Below, piece after piece: positions 39,051-55,170 of a DNA stretch of 64,000 nt. Under the pieces are notes generated by a model, which worked only from the letters and a program-made list of their open reading frames with translations, was not told where the DNA came from and searched no databases. Position 1 is the stretch's first letter; every line of letters begins with the position of its first letter. The DNA lies in assembly GCA_951406725.2 (NCBI GenBank), contig OX597834.1:42780001-42844000 (forward strand), read 5' to 3'. This DNA comes from Octopus vulgaris (Eukaryota). A program made the position numbers and the translations under genes.

Positions 39051-39105
39051 CTTTACTATTTCCTATATATGCAACCACGTGCTTTCACACACCAACTTTC
39101 TCACC

Positions 39106-39142
<37 letters not shown>

Positions 39143-39308
39143 AGGCGCAGAAGTAGGTGTGTTGTAATTTGCTTTCTTACTAATCAAATGGTTCCTGGTT
39201 CATTCCCACTGCGTGGCACCTTGGCCAAGTGTCTTCTGCGATAACTTCGGGCCTGACCAAAGCTTTGTGAGTAGATCTGGTAGACGAAAACCGAAAGAAG
39301 CCTGTCGC
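39143..39308 (+). mobile_element. SINE family B, 5' half
   Basis: ggcgcagaagtagg...cccactgcgtggcaccttggccaagtgtcttc...ggtagacgaaaaccgaaagaagcc. Confidence 0.8.
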
Positions 39309-39310
39309 AT

Positions 39311-39357
<47 letters not shown>

Positions 39358-39380
39358 TTCGAAGCCTATCGCATATATAC

Positions 39381-39412
<32 letters not shown>

Positions 39413-39429
39413 GTTCGAAATTTCCCCAA

Positions 39430-39475
39430 GACACCTGAAGAGGGCTGGATGGTATATTAGTCGAAATGTTGTGTT
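39430..39475 (+). ncRNA. Minimal type-I hammerhead ribozyme, slightly decayed
   Basis: GACAC-CUGAAGA-G-GGCUGG(augguaua)UUAGUC-GAAA-UG-UU-GUGUU; differences from an ideal motif are consistent with C-to-T decay. Confidence 0.6.
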
Positions 39476-40681
39476 AACAACAAACAAGATGAGGACAATG
39501 TAAATGTAAATATGTAAATATGTAAATATCGAGATGAGGACAAATAATGTAAATAATGTACATAATTCCTCATCTCTTAAATATAGAACTGAAAATATGT
39601 TGTAGTTTAGTCCCATTGCGCTACACGTCAGACGTCTATTGCTGTAGCTTCGGTCAAAGAATGACTTTTGAGTGAGTTTGGTAGACGGTAACTTGTGGAA
39701 GCGCTTTGTATGCATATACCTGTGTGTCTTTATAGTTGTGCTTGCCTCCCACTTCTACCGTTTGTTAACTGGTGTTGGTTTGCTTATGTCCCTGTAACGC
39801 AGCCTTAGAGAGTCATTAAAAAAAGATAAAGCAAAAAAATATTAATACGAGCTGGGAAGAACTTCATCGCATTCGATCATTTGTCTTCGACTCGTATCGA
39901 CTAATGAAATAATTATTTGCAATAAACAGAAGACCATTTGAGGTGTAATTTTAAAATACCTGCTTCAACTACAAAACGAACCAGCGCTTTCCTGCATTGC
40001 CGTGTGGTTTCTCTGAGAAACTTAGCACTTGCAATATCTTTCAGTCAACAACTTAAAAACCAATAGCAATGTTAAAAATATCATTGAAAAATCATGAAGA
40101 AAAAAAGTAAAACCACTGGAAAATCTCCATCACACAAGCACACTCGCAGATATACATGCATACATGGAGACATATATGCATACGTACCTACAAACATGCA
40201 CAAATACAGGCACAAGCAGTGCTAACTTTCACTTTCGCTTTCCATAACTAATTTACCTGGCACTTAAAATTATCTACCCGGAGCCATTGTTTTCTGCTAG
40301 ACATAACAAGACGGAAATATCACGAAACCTGATCTCTTAGACACACATCAATAGGTAACAATAAGTAATATAGGATCTAAGATTTGGAAATTTCCGTTGG
40401 TGCCTGTACAATGACCACGAGATATCTGGCCTTTCCCACTGTCAAATCTTTATACGTATCTTCCATATGTCTATATTATTTATTGTTAACACACATTGCA
40501 AACTTTTTGTCGCTCTCCTTGTTGGATTCGTTGTTGTAATTCTCATTGTTATTGTTGGTAGTTGTAGCGCTGGTGGTCGGAGTATTAAGTGAATTATGTA
40601 TATCTAGCAATCCATGCATACACAGGTATGGGAAGAACGCATCTTAAACTTTTTCACAAAGCCTCTATAAACTCTCGACGT

Positions 40682-40778
<97 letters not shown>

Positions 40779-40809
40779 CATCTACCTTTATGTGAGAATG
40801 CATGTAAAT

Positions 40810-40899
<90 letters not shown>

Positions 40900-40954
40900 A
40901 TAAACAAACAGGCAAATATATATTTATGCATATATATACAAGCATACACACATG

Positions 40955-40986
<32 letters not shown>

Positions 40987-41888
40987 TATAAATATATATA
41001 TATATATGTACATATAAGCATATATATACAAACACATACATACACACACCCACACACACACACACATATATATCTATATAGATACACCAAAGGTTTTATG
41101 CATTGCAGATTGTTTTTACTCGTGTACACTCTGACATTCCTTAAATATTTTTTCGTTTGTTATTTGGTAAGAAACTTCACCTTACGTAGAGCAGAGTATA
41201 TCTGCCGAAAGCTATATCTTTCAATATTTGACAAAACTTCTTATATATGTATAATTCTTATGATAATTTACAACTACCTCTTTCCTGCTCCTCCTACCTC
41301 TGTCCGCTCCTTCTTCTTCTTCTTCTTCTTCTTCTTCTTCTTCTTCTTCTTCTTCTTCTTCTTCTTCTTCTTCTTCTTCTTCTCCTCCTCCTCCTCCGTT
41401 TAGCTGTATATTAAATTTTCCCTTCCTATTTCTTTTTCCACTGAAAATGCACACATAAACACACGCACGCGCGCACACAGACACAGATTCATATATGAAT
41501 AGAATTATATATATATATTATACACACATGTATATATGCATATATATATATATATATACACATATATACATACATTTGCAAGTAGACGTGTGCCTGCCTG
41601 CGTGTATGCGCTGGTATGCATGTTTTCCCCGTGTGTTTGAGTGTGAGAATTTGTGTATTTATACCTCTATGCATATTTTCAGCTTAGTTTTTGCGTGAAT
41701 GCCAAAATATCCTTCCTTCCTGCTTATCAAAGATAACCGACGGCTATTTCTAGTGAAAGAAACAAATGCATCAGGAAATCAAGCATGTCCTATCGATGGG
41801 TCTCCTGCATACGTACATAGGATATGTGTGTGTCTATACGTGTGTATATATATATATATATATATATGTATACATATATATATAAATA

Positions 41889-41934
<46 letters not shown>

Positions 41935-41964
41935 ACTATATAGATATATATATACATACATACG

Positions 41965-41998
<34 letters not shown>

Positions 41999-42388
41999 CA
42001 TACATATATACGCATTTACATATATACATATACATATATATACATGTATATATATATATATATTCACATACATATCTACATACGTACATATACCTATATA
42101 CATATATATATATATACATACATATACATCTATATATATGTATGTGTATATATACATATATATGTTATGTATATTTACATGTGAGATAAGATATACATGT
42201 AAGATATATATTTTTGTACGAGTTCTTATGTGTGTGTATATATATATATATATATACCTCTTTAAATATTAACTTACTTTTATATTCATATGAAATAGCG
42301 TGGTTATATTTGAGTATATATATGTATATATATATATATGCATACATCTGCTCATCTTGCTATTTATGAATATTTACACATATATGTG

Positions 42389-42428
<40 letters not shown>

Positions 42429-42495
42429 TGTGTGTGTGTGTGTGTGTGTAAAAACAAACAGGCAAATATATATTTATGCATATATATACAAACAT

Positions 42496-42570
<75 letters not shown>

Positions 42571-42849
42571 ATTATTAATATAATAATTATATATTTGTTC
42601 ATTTCTATGGCAACTTGTATAAAATACAAATTAATATTAAACTGACAGATTGCTCCATAAACTTTAGTAGAGTTGTATATGTATTAAGTTTTATGATAAT
42701 GTTGACAGTAATATGTATGATAGTAATTATGCGTATATTTGTTTATATATATCGGCTCATATTTATGCATATGTATGCATGTGTAAATATATGCAAATGT
42801 GCATAATTGTTTATATGTGTTTGTGATAGTGTTTTTAGCTGATACATGT

Positions 42850-43165
<316 letters not shown>

Positions 43166-43250
43166 AACCACATAAATTCTACAAGAAATGCGAACAAACC
43201 TGAGTGAAATCAATAATGATGATAATAATACTAATAAATATAATAATAAT

Positions 43251-44125
43251 GTCGTGTGGTTTAAAATCAGAGTAAGAAATGTCTATCCGAGCAGCGAATT
43301 ATCAATGTCTGACTACAAGAATCTGCCTGGCCAAAATCTTAAAGAACTACTGTAGCCCAACATGTCGTTTGTGTAAACAAGAAAATGAAACCATCGATCA
43401 TATTGTCTCCATGTACAACCTTCTTGCACCCACGGACTATCTCAACAGACATAATATACACAGTATATTCACTGCAAAGACTTGGATCTGCCCCATGATT
43501 TTAATTGGTGAGAATACAACACCTCCGGTGCTTGAAAATGATCACATGCGTGAAAGAATGTCAAAAGTTGGCAAAGGAAGAATATACGAAATGGAGGCAC
43601 GACCAGGTGGTAAAAACTTTGCACAGGAAATTTTGCCAGAAGCGAGGATTTGAAGCTGGAAATACATGGTAAAAATCATCGAGTCAAAGGAAACCTGGAG
43701 TCGGAGAAATGTAGGATTTTGTGGGACTTTCCTATTCAAAGAGACAAGAAGTTAGCAAATAATAAACAGTTATAGATAAGGAAAAGGAAAGTTGGTTACT
43801 GATTGATCCATTGTGCCCATTTTATTCCAGGATCGTAGACAAAGTGGGCGACAAACAAAGAATATACAATCCCTTAAAATTTGAAATAGGAAGAATTTGG
43901 ATTATAGGAACTGAAAAAGTCATGTCTAAAATAATTGAAGCTTTGGGAACAGGAAGCAAAGATATAGAGAAATGGCTGAAGAAGATTTGAATAGAATTCC
44001 TTGTAGAGCTTCAATAAAATGTTTGTCCCTTAGGGACAAAAGCTCGCGGACACCTAAGGTTACAGGTAGTAACCGGCTACCCTTATAAATATGCTAGGAA
44101 TAAGACCAAACCTGAGTTAAACCAA
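43251..44125 (+). mobile_element. R4/Dong-like RLE non-LTR retrotransposon 3' fossil (two fused fragments) beside (AAT)n
   Basis: GLKSE...PTCRLCKQENETIDHIVS...YLNRHN (zinc knuckle); then ECQKLAKEEYTKWRHDQV, ESEKCRILWDFPIQ.DK, IDKEKESWLLIDPLCPF, ALGTGSKDIEKWLKKI (restriction-like endonuclease); AAT repeats on both sides. Confidence 0.88.
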
Positions 44126-44730
44126 ATAATAATTTATTAACTAATGTGATCATGAAAGACATTAGCCTAAATATAAAGTATTAATGTGACCTTTAAAACG
44201 AAACAGCTTTGTAGACAATGTAACACTGCTTCATTTGAAACCACCTGTAAGAATATGTCAGCATAATGAATGGTATGTGTAAAACATTCTTGAACTAGCT
44301 GCTGTCTTTTGCAGGCTGTTGTTTTATATACACAGAAAACGGTTTTATTTAAGTTATCCTTATTTACTGATCGATTTAGAAGTCTCCCGCTTTTGACGTC
44401 TGGGATATGTTTAGTAATTATAGGTTCGTGGTGTGGTTCGATTTTACCGCATTTTATTTCTTCATTTAGCATATGTTATGGACAATGTTTAGCTATGCTC
44501 TCGGCTTGTGTAATGTCTTCGAAATTTAATGCTTCATCGATAGATGGTCTCGCAAATTTACTGTTTTATCAATAGTTTTAGATTAAAGAGTCTGAACATG
44601 CAAATTAGCACTTTCTTCAAGTTTTTCATTGCTTGTCTTTTTATAATATGGTATAAAATAAGTCCACAGACTGCCTCCACAGACTTGTATTGGTCGTTAA
44701 TATTCCATTTCAATGCATATAGGACAATAA

Positions 44731-44761
<31 letters not shown>

Positions 44762-45559
44762 TTTCTATATGGTATGATTTAATTAAATCATTGCTGAATT
44801 GCTACATGGTGGTTCTTCTCTAATTTATATACATATATTATATATATTGTGAAATGTGGTTTAGTATTATTAAATTGAATTTTTCCCTGTAAGTTTGGAA
44901 TCATATTCCCTATTATTATTATTATTATTAATCATTATTATTATTATTAGTATTAGTATTATTATTATTATATATGTTTCCAAATTATGATTGGTAAGAA
45001 TATAGAATCAAAGTGGGCACCGTAGTCGCATGTGTCGGTTATCAAAGCTTAGTATCAAGTTACCTTAAGTATGTTAACCTGACCCTAAGCATTAATACTA
45101 CCACTAACCATTTAAGGATGATCTCTCTCTGAAGAATACTAAAATTCCTTGGGCAGCTAGTTTTCTTGTTTTCCACTAATAGAGTTGAAAATGTTTCAAC
45201 TAGGCTATTCTTGGAACAATGAAAAACAACCACGTATATTTCGGCTGCACATGTATTTAATTTAGATCCTATAAGAACAATGTGGTTGTTTCCAACTTGA
45301 AGAATTGGTAAGCAACAATAAGTGCACATAAAGATACAAATTTTGCTATGTACGTTAGTTGATTGCCGCAGAAACATGTGTAGGTGCAGAAACGAAAAGA
45401 AGTAATCAACTGTTGAATAAAACTGGATATAAATCTCTATTCTCCTATATTATAAATTCATTATGCATACGCACCTGCACCTTAATTTGAAATCACCAAC
45501 ACTTTATTACTTCCCTTTCTTTCAAACTCTTCTTTCAAATATTTTTTTCTATTCATTCG

Positions 45560-45755
45560 CCTTGCTTGACCGCTAAATCTACAAGTTTTTTTTGTTTCAT
45601 TCTGTCTCTGTTTATTTTCTCTTATTCCTTTCAGCTGAAAAAGCGTAGGCTAGAAACGTAAAAGAATTTTTTCCTTTTCCCGAGCGTCAAACTATTACAC
45701 CTGCTTGTTGTTCATACACCTATCTTCGCATTTTGCCTGTCTGTAAATTTCATAT
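45560..45755 (+). mobile_element. Second, more decayed copy of the 11262-11460 element ending in (TA)n
   Basis: agcgtaggctagaaacgtaaaaga...gagcg...tacacct.tcttcg.attttg...gtaaattt then TA run. Confidence 0.65.
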
Positions 45756-45756
45756 A

Positions 45757-45830
<74 letters not shown>

Positions 45831-45900
45831 TATATATATACATATGCATATATACATATGCATATGTATATATACATATAGATATGTATTTATATATGTA

Positions 45901-45981
<81 letters not shown>

Positions 45982-46584
45982 GTATGTATAAACATAGACT
46001 CACATACACACATTAAAATATATATCATCTTCAGATGTTTTTAGTCCATCATATCATAACAACAACATTACATTTTTTTTCGTTTACTGCTTTCACCAAT
46101 CTCTTTCTGTCACACGATAAATCATTGAACTTCAAGTTCATCACAAGAGTCAATATAAACACTGCAAATGTTAAACACACACCTACAGATGCATTCGAAC
46201 ATTTGTACGCACACACACACACACACATACACACACATACATCAACACATGCCCACATACTCGCACGCAAACTCACATACCTACACATAGACTCACACAC
46301 ACACACGTACACCACACACATATACACATAAAGATATAATGAATGATTGAGTGTTTTTAATTAATGTTCCTGCAACAAAAAAAAAAAAAAAAACGTTTGA
46401 CTATTGATGCAAAATATTGCAATTCATTGGCTCGATGTATCGAGGTGGGTCTAGTAAGTGCTGTGTAAGTGTAGTTTAAAAGTGCAATTTCTTAATCAAT
46501 ATAAAAGCCACTTTTACTTTTGGGAAGAATTAATCTATGTTAGACTTGACTTGGGACGAAAGAGTACAACAGGGGTCGCCATCA

Positions 46585-46709
46585 GCCCCTGCCTCGTGGA
46601 GTTTTCATGTGTTTTCGCTCAATAAACACACACAACGCCCGGTCTGGGAATCGAAACCGCGATCCTCCGACCGCGAGTCCGCTACCCTAACCACTGGACC
46701 ATTGCGCCT

Positions 46710-46712
<3 letters not shown>
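46585..46712 (-). mobile_element. SINE family C head
   Basis: Reverse complement of about 15254-15375 (ggaccattgcgcctcc at the right end). Confidence 0.88.
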
Positions 46713-46800
<88 letters not shown>

Positions 46801-46859
46801 CACACATGCGCGCGTCTATGTCTTTGTATGTGCATGCGCGCGCAAGTGTATGCGTTCGT

Positions 46860-46914
<55 letters not shown>

Positions 46915-47624
46915 GAGGTCAAGTCACAAGTATTAACCAATGTTAGAAGAAAGGTTGCTACTTCATTTTAATCGAGGAAATTAACCTGTTAATCAAGCTT
47001 AATGAATTAGAGAATCAACGACGCCTGAAAATCACGTGAGACGGTTTGAAATCATGGGAAAGTAGGGCCGGATATGGAGCAGTTGTAGGTCAGGCTGAAA
47101 GAATCAGCTCATCATTTACGCCCAATTAGCAGCAGCTTTGGTTCTTCTGTTTCTTTCTGTGTCATTCTTTGATCTTTCAAATTGGGACAACTTCTGTTTT
47201 ATTCTCATTTGAGAATTACGCATTAAAAATTCTTTCAACTACTTAAATTTATTAGATAAATTATAAAACATGCGTACTCGACAGCATATGCACGCATTCT
47301 ATCGAACTCAATCATATAGAACTACAAACATACAGAAATGAATGCAAATATGTATAGATGCTCAAACGTGCTATTATCACACACAAATGTAAGTGGTTAC
47401 GTATGTACATATACACATACATACGTACATACGTACATACATACATTCATACACACATGAAGCAAAGCAGAAATCTGCACGTAAACATGCAGAAATACAT
47501 CTCATGAATTTCCAATGAGGGAGCCTTAGATCTAGGTTAGAAACCGGCTCTTTCTCTAGTGGCTGGAAATTTAAAAATAAAACTGAATAATGACATAAAT
47601 ACGCACATACATACATGCATACAT

Positions 47625-47912
<288 letters not shown>

Positions 47913-48782
47913 CCTAATAATCTTATACAAATTTCTTCAATGTTGCCATGAAATTAAACAGCAGAACCATAACACCGTTTTCTCAGATTATTCATTTGAC
48001 ACTTGCCATTAGAGTAACGTCTGCGTATGCACATTTTCCGATTCAGTGCTTCTCAGAACATTTTCAACCACCGAGTGTATAATATAATACGCATTTTATA
48101 TATTAACTAACACAAAATGAATATCCCCTTTATGGCAGAATTAATCAAATACATATTTTAAGTCGCATAAAACCCCGCTTATGTCACAACACATGTTGTG
48201 TCCCTTCCTACTAAAACTCAATCTTATTTTCCCTGCATAACCTCATATAATGTTTTGACTATTTAATTTTCGGAGTTAACTCCCTTGCCACTCTTTTGAT
48301 TAATCGTTATTCCTGCTAATGACTGTTTTTTCATTATGATTAAATTCATAACATTTTTTACTTTTTTGCTCTGTATATTTGCAGACACTTCACAAAATTA
48401 CATGCTTAAATTCCGTCTATATTAGAGGATGAAGTCTGAGCTAATAAGTATCTCATTGAAATATTTGTATCGTTTTTTGGCGGATTAAGCGTTAACTAAC
48501 AAATGTCTCCCGAGAAAACACATTGTATCGCGTGTCACTTAAGCCCATAATCGGTAAATCCAAAACGAACTCGATCTCTGTTCTATTTACTGAGCTCTCC
48601 TCCGCTAAGGTCACCAAAATTCCCCAATAAGGAATATATTACACAACCTCCATTCTCTCCGTTATGAAGTCAATGAAGTAGTCCATTGTTCACAAAAGAC
48701 TCATACAGTCAACAATATGTATCGTCTGCTACGTGGCTGAGTTATACGAATCGAAGAATTAAATGAATAAAGACAGAAATTA

Positions 48783-49316
48783 TTGGGTTGTCCGGAAGGT
48801 TCGTGCCGATTTTTAAAGGAAAGAAAAAGGTCAATAACTACTTGCCATTACATTTTTAATCAACCAAATATGAAACATTTTGTTGCACAATGCGTCTCCA
48901 TCTTTCCTTTAACGTGAAAATACCCCTTTCGTAGTTTCATGGCAAAGAATTCATCAAGGTATCTTTTTACGTCATCTAAGGAATTGAAAGTTTTACCATC
49001 AAGAGTATTCTGCAGAGACCTGAATAAGTCGAAATCCAAAGGAGCAATATCTGGTGAATATGGAGGATGGGGTAACAAATCCCAGCCAAGCTGCAGCAAT
49101 TTTTCTCTGGTTCCCAAAGCATCAAGTGCCGAAAATGAACTTTCTTATCATCCATTTTAAAGGGTTACAGAATTAACACAGGTTATAGGAACGTAAACCT
49201 TCTTCCCCAAAAAGATAGCTTAAACTGTGCTCAAAATGGAGGTGTAGTCAAATCCTATCTTATGGACTCAACTATGTTCTAAAATAAGTCGAAAGTTAAG
49301 CTGCTATAAATCGGCA
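48783..49316 (-). mobile_element. Internally deleted mariner transposon (DD34D-type C-terminus)
   Basis: TREKLLQLGWDLLPHPPYSPDIAPLDFDLFRSLQNTLDGKTFNS; left TIR ttgggttgtccggaaggttcgtgccgattt after TA; partial right TIR aaatcggca cut off by a SINE A fragment (49317-49425). Confidence 0.92.
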
Positions 49317-49974
49317 TTTCATCCTTTCAGGGTCGATAAAATAAAGCATCAGTTGAACACTAGGGTTGATATAATCAATTTACTCATCCACTCCTGAAAT
49401 TGCTGGCCTTGTGCCAAAATTTGCAACTAATGTAGGGGATAATTGGACGGTGTTTCTAAAGTAACGATACACCACACACACACACACATGTTCTGTCTTA
49501 CTGAAGGTTTTAAATATGTTTTAGCGTTGTGAGATGTGTGTGCCTGTCGACTCCCGACATCGTTTGCAGTGTAAACAAAGAAGTCTGCGATTAAAGTGAC
49601 AGCTAAAACCAATGCTTTTACCATTCCATATATCATGGATCATTACAGAAACTCCATTTAGAAATTATTTCCGATAACAGGTTCGCGCCAAAGATGTACA
49701 TCCGGGACTTTGCTTTATTTTCTTTATTTACTTCAGTCTGCACCACTTTGTAGTTGTTGTTGTTGCTGTTGTTGTTGTTGTTGTAAAAGGTTATTTCGAT
49801 TTTATTTCGTTGAATTCCATTATTGTAATTGTTACGGTTTCTGTTGTTCTTGTAGTTGTTGCAGTAGACGGTGATGATGATGATGATGTTGATGTTGATG
49901 ACGATGTTGATGATGATGTTGACAACGACGACGTTGCTGTAGATGATGATGATGATGATGGACGAACCGAAAGA

Positions 49975-50553
<579 letters not shown>

Positions 50554-51124
50554 TGCTATAAATGCATATTTATATAATATAGGCATGTTTTGCTCTTCGT
50601 TAAACCCTCACAACAGTTTCACCGTTGGAAAACCCTGAATTTTCTTACACCTGAAGAATGTTGATATTAGTTAGAAATCCAACGGTGCAAGCTACTGAAC
50701 CCAAAGTTCGGGTGGAGTCTTGCGTTGGAAGTACCTCATTTCTCTACACTCACAGGACCTTATATTTCTGCCCCTTACGGAATACACACATTGCAGTTTT
50801 GAGCACACACACGCATATACAAACGCACACAGGCACATACACACGCACACACATACACACCCATATATTCATGGGGTTAGAAGAGGACTGTCGAGTGTTA
50901 GTTACTGTTCGAGGTTCACTATCCTCTATGATTAGTCAACGTTCAGTTTCCCACCATTAACGGCAACGAAACGGATTAGGTTTCAACTGCATATATGTAG
51001 TTTGTAATTTAAATAGCCCCAGGAAATTATTGTAAATTTAATTAAAACGTCGTTTAAGTACTTCCAAACAGATTATGTGTGCGTGTATGTGTATGCGTGT
51101 GAGTGTGTGTGTGTGTGTGTGTGA

Positions 51125-51169
<45 letters not shown>

Positions 51170-51175
51170 TATATG

Positions 51176-51208
<33 letters not shown>

Positions 51209-51362
51209 GTATATATATATACATATACATATATATGTATGTTATATACGCATATATATATATATACACACATAGGCACACACGTATACATATATATACA
51301 TATGTATGTATGTATATGTATATTTATATGTATGTATATATCTATAACTATCTATTTATCTA

Positions 51363-51410
<48 letters not shown>

Positions 51411-51476
51411 TATATACACATACGCACACACGTATACATATATATACATATGCATGTATATATCTATATATATGTA

Positions 51477-51509
<33 letters not shown>

Positions 51510-52173
51510 ATATATATATATATATAATGTGTATATACGTGCGTATGTGAGTTTATGTGAGTGTATGTAAAATAAAAGTCATTAAATATATAAGTACTAA
51601 TTAGGAACGAATTTATATTAAAATTGTAAGCTGTTAATTTATAATGCAAACACGATCACACACACACACATACACACACACACACACACATATAAGTTTA
51701 CATACGATATGTGTGTACACCGCTTGTATTATATTTGTATATTTATACGTTTAATGTTATATATGCTTATCCACACACGTACACACACACACACTCACAC
51801 ACACACACACACATACATATATATATATGTATATATATCTATATAAACATGTATATGCATGTACGGGTGTTGCTAGGTATATATAGCTTTATATACATTC
51901 ATATGCGTTCAAATATATGTACAGACATATCGTACGCACATACTCATATATACTCATATATAGAATTAATCATATATAATATAATATATTAAATATGGAG
52001 CAATATTAAATGCATTTATTTATACGTGAGAAGGAAAGAAAGATTAAGGGAGAGACAGAGAGAGGGGGAAAGAAAGAGAGAGAGAGAGAATCAGTACAAG
52101 AATGCAGTATGTAGATATATATACACATACACTGAATATATCAGCAACTGTATTATAATAATGATTAATTGAT

Positions 52174-52222
<49 letters not shown>

Positions 52223-52499
52223 ACACATATACATACATACATACGCGCGCACATGCGCACCTATGTTTATTCACATGTGTGCTGTTTGTCAGCGTATATA
52301 TCTGTGTGTATACATTCAAAAAGAGTGAAAATTTGCTATTCAATACGAGAAGGAAAAATTAATTTTATTTATAAATATCAGTGTATATATCTGTGGAAGC
52401 AAGTACCCACGCATACAGAGCACATGCATGTCACATATATAATCGTATATTTATGTATGTATGTATGTAGATACACGGATAACTATATAACTGTGTGTG

Positions 52500-52576
<77 letters not shown>

Positions 52577-52597
52577 TTACACACACAAACACACACA

Positions 52598-53062
52598 CAC
52601 GCTGTATAGGGGTCAAATGCGAGTACTTGACCAATTCCACTTCAGCTGCTCCAATACTGAGGTGCCTCGCAGAGCCGGAATACCCTGGATCAAAGCCCTC
52701 ATCATGAAGGCCCAGCTCCGATGGGTCGGACTTGTAGTCCGAATGGACGACGCGCGTCTACCAAAGATGATCTCCCTCTCTAAGCTGGCTTCTGGAGCAA
52801 GAAACCCTGGAAGGTCACTGAGGCGATAGAAGAACAGCGTGAAGATTTCCCTTGAGGCTTGCTGCATTTCAGCTCGTGGCTGGGAATCGCATGCCTCTGA
52901 CCGCGTCGCCTGGAGTCCAGTTGTCCAAAAGGGTGTTAGGCTGTTCGAGGAAAAGCGCCTCAAGAAATGCCCGAAAAGACAGGATCCCCAACCCAACTTC
53001 TGCTGTTACGTGGTCAACACGTGGCCGCGTCTGCGTGTCCGCCTTTGGGTTCCGCTCCCATA
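52598..53062 (+). mobile_element. RTE-clade LINE ORF C-terminal fossil
   Basis: [14 protein letters not shown]...[34 protein letters not shown]...GRSLRR*KNSVKISL..C.I....WES.ASDR.AW...GRVC.SAFGFRSH; stop, deletion and frameshift present. Confidence 0.9.
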
Positions 53063-53374
53063 TATATGTATATATATATATAAGTATATTAAATTCAAAT
53101 TACGATGAACGTAAACAAACAAACAAACTTTCCTTGAGAAGCGTTGAGATGTCTTAGAAATTTAAAGAAGTAATTTTAAATTCACAAACGCAGGATAATG
53201 CTAATAATATAGTCTGAACAAGATAAGCTACCCCTAAAATCACACACACACACATATGATATATATGCGTATATATATATATATATATATATGCGATATA
53301 CGGGTATATATATATACATATAAATATATATATAGAAGCAGACCTGCTGATATATACATACATATACATATATA

Positions 53375-53441
<67 letters not shown>

Positions 53442-53462
53442 ATATATATATGTATATATATG

Positions 53463-53498
<36 letters not shown>

Positions 53499-53514
53499 TA
53501 TATGTATATATATG

Positions 53515-53551
<37 letters not shown>

Positions 53552-54719
53552 TTAAGCATGCATACAATTATTTATATATGTATGTGCAAGCAATCACTTG
53601 CATCTACACAGTCATACACACATATACACATATACTTTCACACATACATGCACACAAATACACAGTGCATCATACACACACAGACACACATACGTACATA
53701 CACACACACACACACACGTATGCATATATTGAGAGATACAGTACTGCCGCTAATATATTATATATACTCATGAAAATAAACGATTATGCAATCCGTAGGA
53801 AATCTGTGATAATATCGTATCAATTATATATTTCACTTGCAGGGGTGTGTATACAAAAGGAGAGCCAACGCTTAATGATGTAGATACGAATTTTATAGCG
53901 TATAATTAATTAGAAATTAGTTTTATGTATCATCCGATATCTAGCGTTATCGACCCTGACTCTTATTCTCTCTTTGCCGTAGCAGGGACACACAGACACA
54001 CGCATACAGGCACTCAGACACACAGACATGCATAAACACATACACAAGCATACACGCGCTCAAACACACAAGCATATATATATATCGAGCACGCACATAC
54101 ACACATTTATACAAGCATCCACTCGCACTGACACACAGACATGTACACATAAATAGCGAACGCACATACTCGCACATACATAAGCATACCTGCATACACA
54201 CACATATCGCGTACGTACATACACATACACACACGAGCATACGCGCGTACAGACGCACAGATATATGTACACACATATCGCGCGGGTACATACACACACA
54301 CATACAAAAGCATACACATATACAGACACATGGACACGCACGCACACATACATAACATAACATACATACATATACACCTGCATACAATAGTCCTTACACA
54401 CACAACGCACATAGGCACACATACACAACACTGATAGGAACACTGATATATGCCACACATGTTTACACGCATCACACACAGTCGCACAACCACACTCGCA
54501 TAGAAATTGCACAGAAATGGTAAGATACGCATCATACTCAAAATATGTTCCCAGAATTAATTAGATCTACACATGTGTGGATATCTGCGCATTTCGACAT
54601 CTACACACACAAAAAGACACACACTCATTCACATACACACACATATCATATATATGTATATACCTATCATATATATATATATATATATATGTCATATATT
54701 TATATATATGATATATATA

Positions 54720-55170
54720 TCATCGCCACGCATCCTCTTCCAAGTAAGTTTTATCTTAATTATTCTGATGCGCACTCTATACGATCTTTTTGCTCTTTCG
54801 TTTTTCTCTCTTTTTCTCTCTCTTATTTTTTAAACTCCCCTACTCTTCTATCTATTCTATCCTATTACTATTTCACTCTCTCCCCCTCACTCCTCCTCCC
54901 TTGTTCACGTGGCTCCCACGTGACCATCGGTCATCTTTCTTTCTTTCTCTCTGTTGTAGCTGGAACAAGGAAGACATGTTCCTGTTTGTCTCATGTCCTA
55001 CGTTGATTTATGCGTTCGCTACCACAAACTCTTGCATCATTGGAACTCCATAGTCTACAAAGACTTCTTACCCGAGATATCATCATCAAACCGGATGATC
55101 ATGACGGTTCCGTGATGATCTTACAAACCGATTTTTAGATGCAAGAAGCGCTCCAATTTCACAAATATTT
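54720..55170 (+). mobile_element. PLE remnant: terminal-repeat-like region followed by ORF fragment
   Basis: From 55076: DIIIKPDDHDGSVMILQTDF*MQEA, resembling the PLE DIIIKPADKG.AVVI...DY..EA motif upstream of the RT. Confidence 0.65.

Noticed and set aside
44560-45430. Possible GIY-YIG endonuclease remnants (minus VCGG...IPYYK; plus VYFGCT)
   Set aside because: Similarity is too short and frameshifted to support by eye; needs a profile search.
53950-54500. Cys/Val-rich minus-strand ORFs resembling metal-binding proteins
   Set aside because: Degenerate (CA)n-derived simple sequence that is open in several frames at once.
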